From Klebsormidium nitens (lineage: Eukaryota > Plantae > Klebsormidiophyceae), in NCBI GenBank assembly GCA_000708835.1, contig DF237029.1, forward strand, positions 169,527 to 233,526: a stretch of 64,000 bases of DNA. The letters are read 5' to 3'. Positions 62,766 through 64,000 of this stretch are shown one piece after another; within the stretch, counting starts at the first letter, position 1, and the number at the start of each line of letters is the position of its first letter. Position numbers and translations under genes: made by a program. The notes below the pieces were generated by a model. It did no database searches and was not told the DNA's origin. It saw only the letters and a program-made list of their open reading frames with translations.

Positions 62766-64000
62766 GCTCATGCAACTTTATCACTCATTGCTAGCAGCAA
62801 TCCGCAATGCATCTAGGGGTAGCGGCCAACATCCGGATCCATATGTCAACGTACCAGAGACCATTTCACGCATGCGCACTGCCAGACGGTGGCTTATTGA
62901 AAGATCGAGAGTTAAATTCCACACTATAGTCGGACGCGGCGCATGGAGTCACCATATTCAGCACAGTTTAGCTGCGCCATGTTCCAACTTACATATCGTA
63001 TATTATTGCATATGGATTCGACGTGGCCCGGCTAGCTCGATCTGGCTCCCTCGTATAATATATAACAGCTACTACGTACTACTAAGGCTACGCGAAGTTG
63101 ATATGGGGTTTCCGGTCTGCGACCGACCCGGATTTTAGATTTTTTTGAAAAACCGACATAAAATATTCTTAAATTTGCCTCTCAGGGCCTTCAATTTATG
63201 TATTTTACTTTGGTTTTATGGGCCAGTTTTGGTCATTATTTGGAGAATGTGATAGATTACTTCTGACAAACATGCCCAAAATTTTTCAAATATCAGTGAC
63301 GAACAGCTAAAAGCACGCGAATCACGATAACTGAGCCTATTGTCGTAAATAAAACGCGGCGACTTTTTGCCGAGCGCGACGGGTGGAGCCCGGTGAACCT
63401 GGACACCCCGGAAAACCACTTGTTTTCTGACCATAATCCCGGAATTTTGAGTCTTGACCACAGCTACGAAAAGCTTGCAACCCTAATATCCTTGAAACCC
63501 TAAAACTTTGAAAACGCACTGGATTTCTCAGTTCAAACCCCGAAATCTGCCAAATGTCGACCCCAAAACCCGGATTTTTGGCCTCAACAAGGAATACTTT
63601 TTTAAGAATAGGTTTGAATCTTGTACAAACCACTCAAATGAAGCTACGTATTGTACTGCACTAGGAAGACCACCGGAACGCTGAGACCACTAGCAGACCA
63701 AACTGCGCACCACCGCTAGCGCTCACTTCCGTATGGCTCAGAGTTATACTAACCCACAATTAACCGTCAGCGTAACTCAACGTAGAGCTACAGACAAGCT
63801 AACTATCGATTAGCAGGCAGCGGAATGTAGCGTGGGGCCCATGCAAAGCTAACAGGACAAGTGCGATATTACCGAGAAATATCGCACGAGGGAGTGTCCC
63901 ATACCACTCCAGCTAGCAGTCATGTGAAGTAACAATCCGAGACAAACAATTACAACTCGGGTAAGCTCACCACTGGCAGTGTCCCCGTAGAGTGGATTAC

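Noticed and set aside
63100-63620. MITE-like AT-rich block
   Set aside because: No clean terminal inverted repeats or target-site duplication found by eye.

Overview
Gene-dense, intron-rich eukaryotic nuclear DNA (GT-AG introns, CTRAC-like branch points, one 686-N assembly gap). The gene set points to a flagellate-capable streptophyte alga such as Klebsormidium. This is inferred from CFAP221, DNMT3-DUF3444, a SKIP24-like F-box and a C/S-type bZIP, not from a database hit. I reconstructed 11 genes exon by exon: kelch-BTB (-), SKIP24-like F-box (+), CHMP7 (-), PIG-V (+), Uma2/DUF820 nuclease-fold gene (-), class IV sirtuin (-), SDP1-like patatin lipase (-), bZIP (+), CFAP221 (-), DNMT3-DUF3444 (+), and a small secreted glycoprotein (+). 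Four pairs are head-to-head. The most notable observations are: (1) a cyanobacterial-type Uma2 gene with an intron, a transit-peptide-like leader, an apparent frameshift and a missing PD aspartate; (2) three introns carrying decaying tandem copies of their own exon-intron junction; (3) a U12-type intron signature in PIG-V; (4) a ~225-aa acidic insertion between DNMT3 motifs IX and X. No rRNA, tRNA or CRISPR array was found. All family assignments come from motif recognition by eye and need HMM/BLAST confirmation.
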